From NCBI GenBank assembly GCA_964522985.1, contig CAZFXX010000004.1, positions 1 to 34,553 of the forward strand: 34,553 nucleotides of DNA, in the 5' to 3' direction. Below the pieces are notes generated by a model that worked only from the letters and a program-made list of their open reading frames with translations, did not search any database and had not been told where the DNA came from. Positions 34,516 to 34,553 of the stretch are shown piece by piece. Source of the stretch: an uncultured Desulfobacteraceae bacterium (lineage in GTDB: Bacteria > Desulfobacterota > Desulfobacteria > Desulfobacterales > 4572-123). A program made the translations under genes and the position numbers. The stretch's first letter is position 1; every line of letters begins with the position of its first letter.

Positions 34516-34553
34516 CTATTTATTATTCACTATCAAGCCGTACCCGATTAAGG

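Overview
This 34.5-kb chromosomal segment is mostly housekeeping. The protein signatures (NfnAB, a monocluster ferredoxin, a rubrerythrin-like protein, a HEAT protein of the type conserved in Desulfovibrio, TatA) suggest a strictly anaerobic, sulfate-reducer-like Desulfobacterota genome; that taxonomic call is inference. I can support 29 protein-coding genes, two of which are missing from the ORF track: a truncated rubrerythrin-like gene at the left edge and a 59-aa tatA. I also support a few terminators and promoter-like sites and several families of intergenic repeats. I found no rRNA, tRNA, CRISPR array, transposase, integrase or recognisable defence gene, so there is no obvious accessory or defence island. 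The observations most worth a second look are listed here. (1) A translationally coupled operon at 1122-4554 encodes an SRPBCC-fused SDR, an unknown polytopic membrane protein, a ferredoxin and a HEAT protein. (2) An intact SWIM/SNF2 helicase ORF lacks the whole motif II (DExH) segment. (3) A PdxJ homologue has several canonical active-site positions replaced. (4) An operon encodes a GlpD-like dehydrogenase, an alkyl-DHAP-synthase-like flavoenzyme and an FGGY kinase, which is suggestive of ether-lipid chemistry. (5) A short MetE-like 'core' Zn methyltransferase sits next to a MoxR-AAA/VWA pair. (6) A roughly 85-105-bp element with terminal inverted repeats lies just downstream of two gene ends, and there are other GTGA/TCAC-rich repeat arrays and a 41-bp duplicated spacer. 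All functional assignments come from motif recognition by eye; no database search was run.
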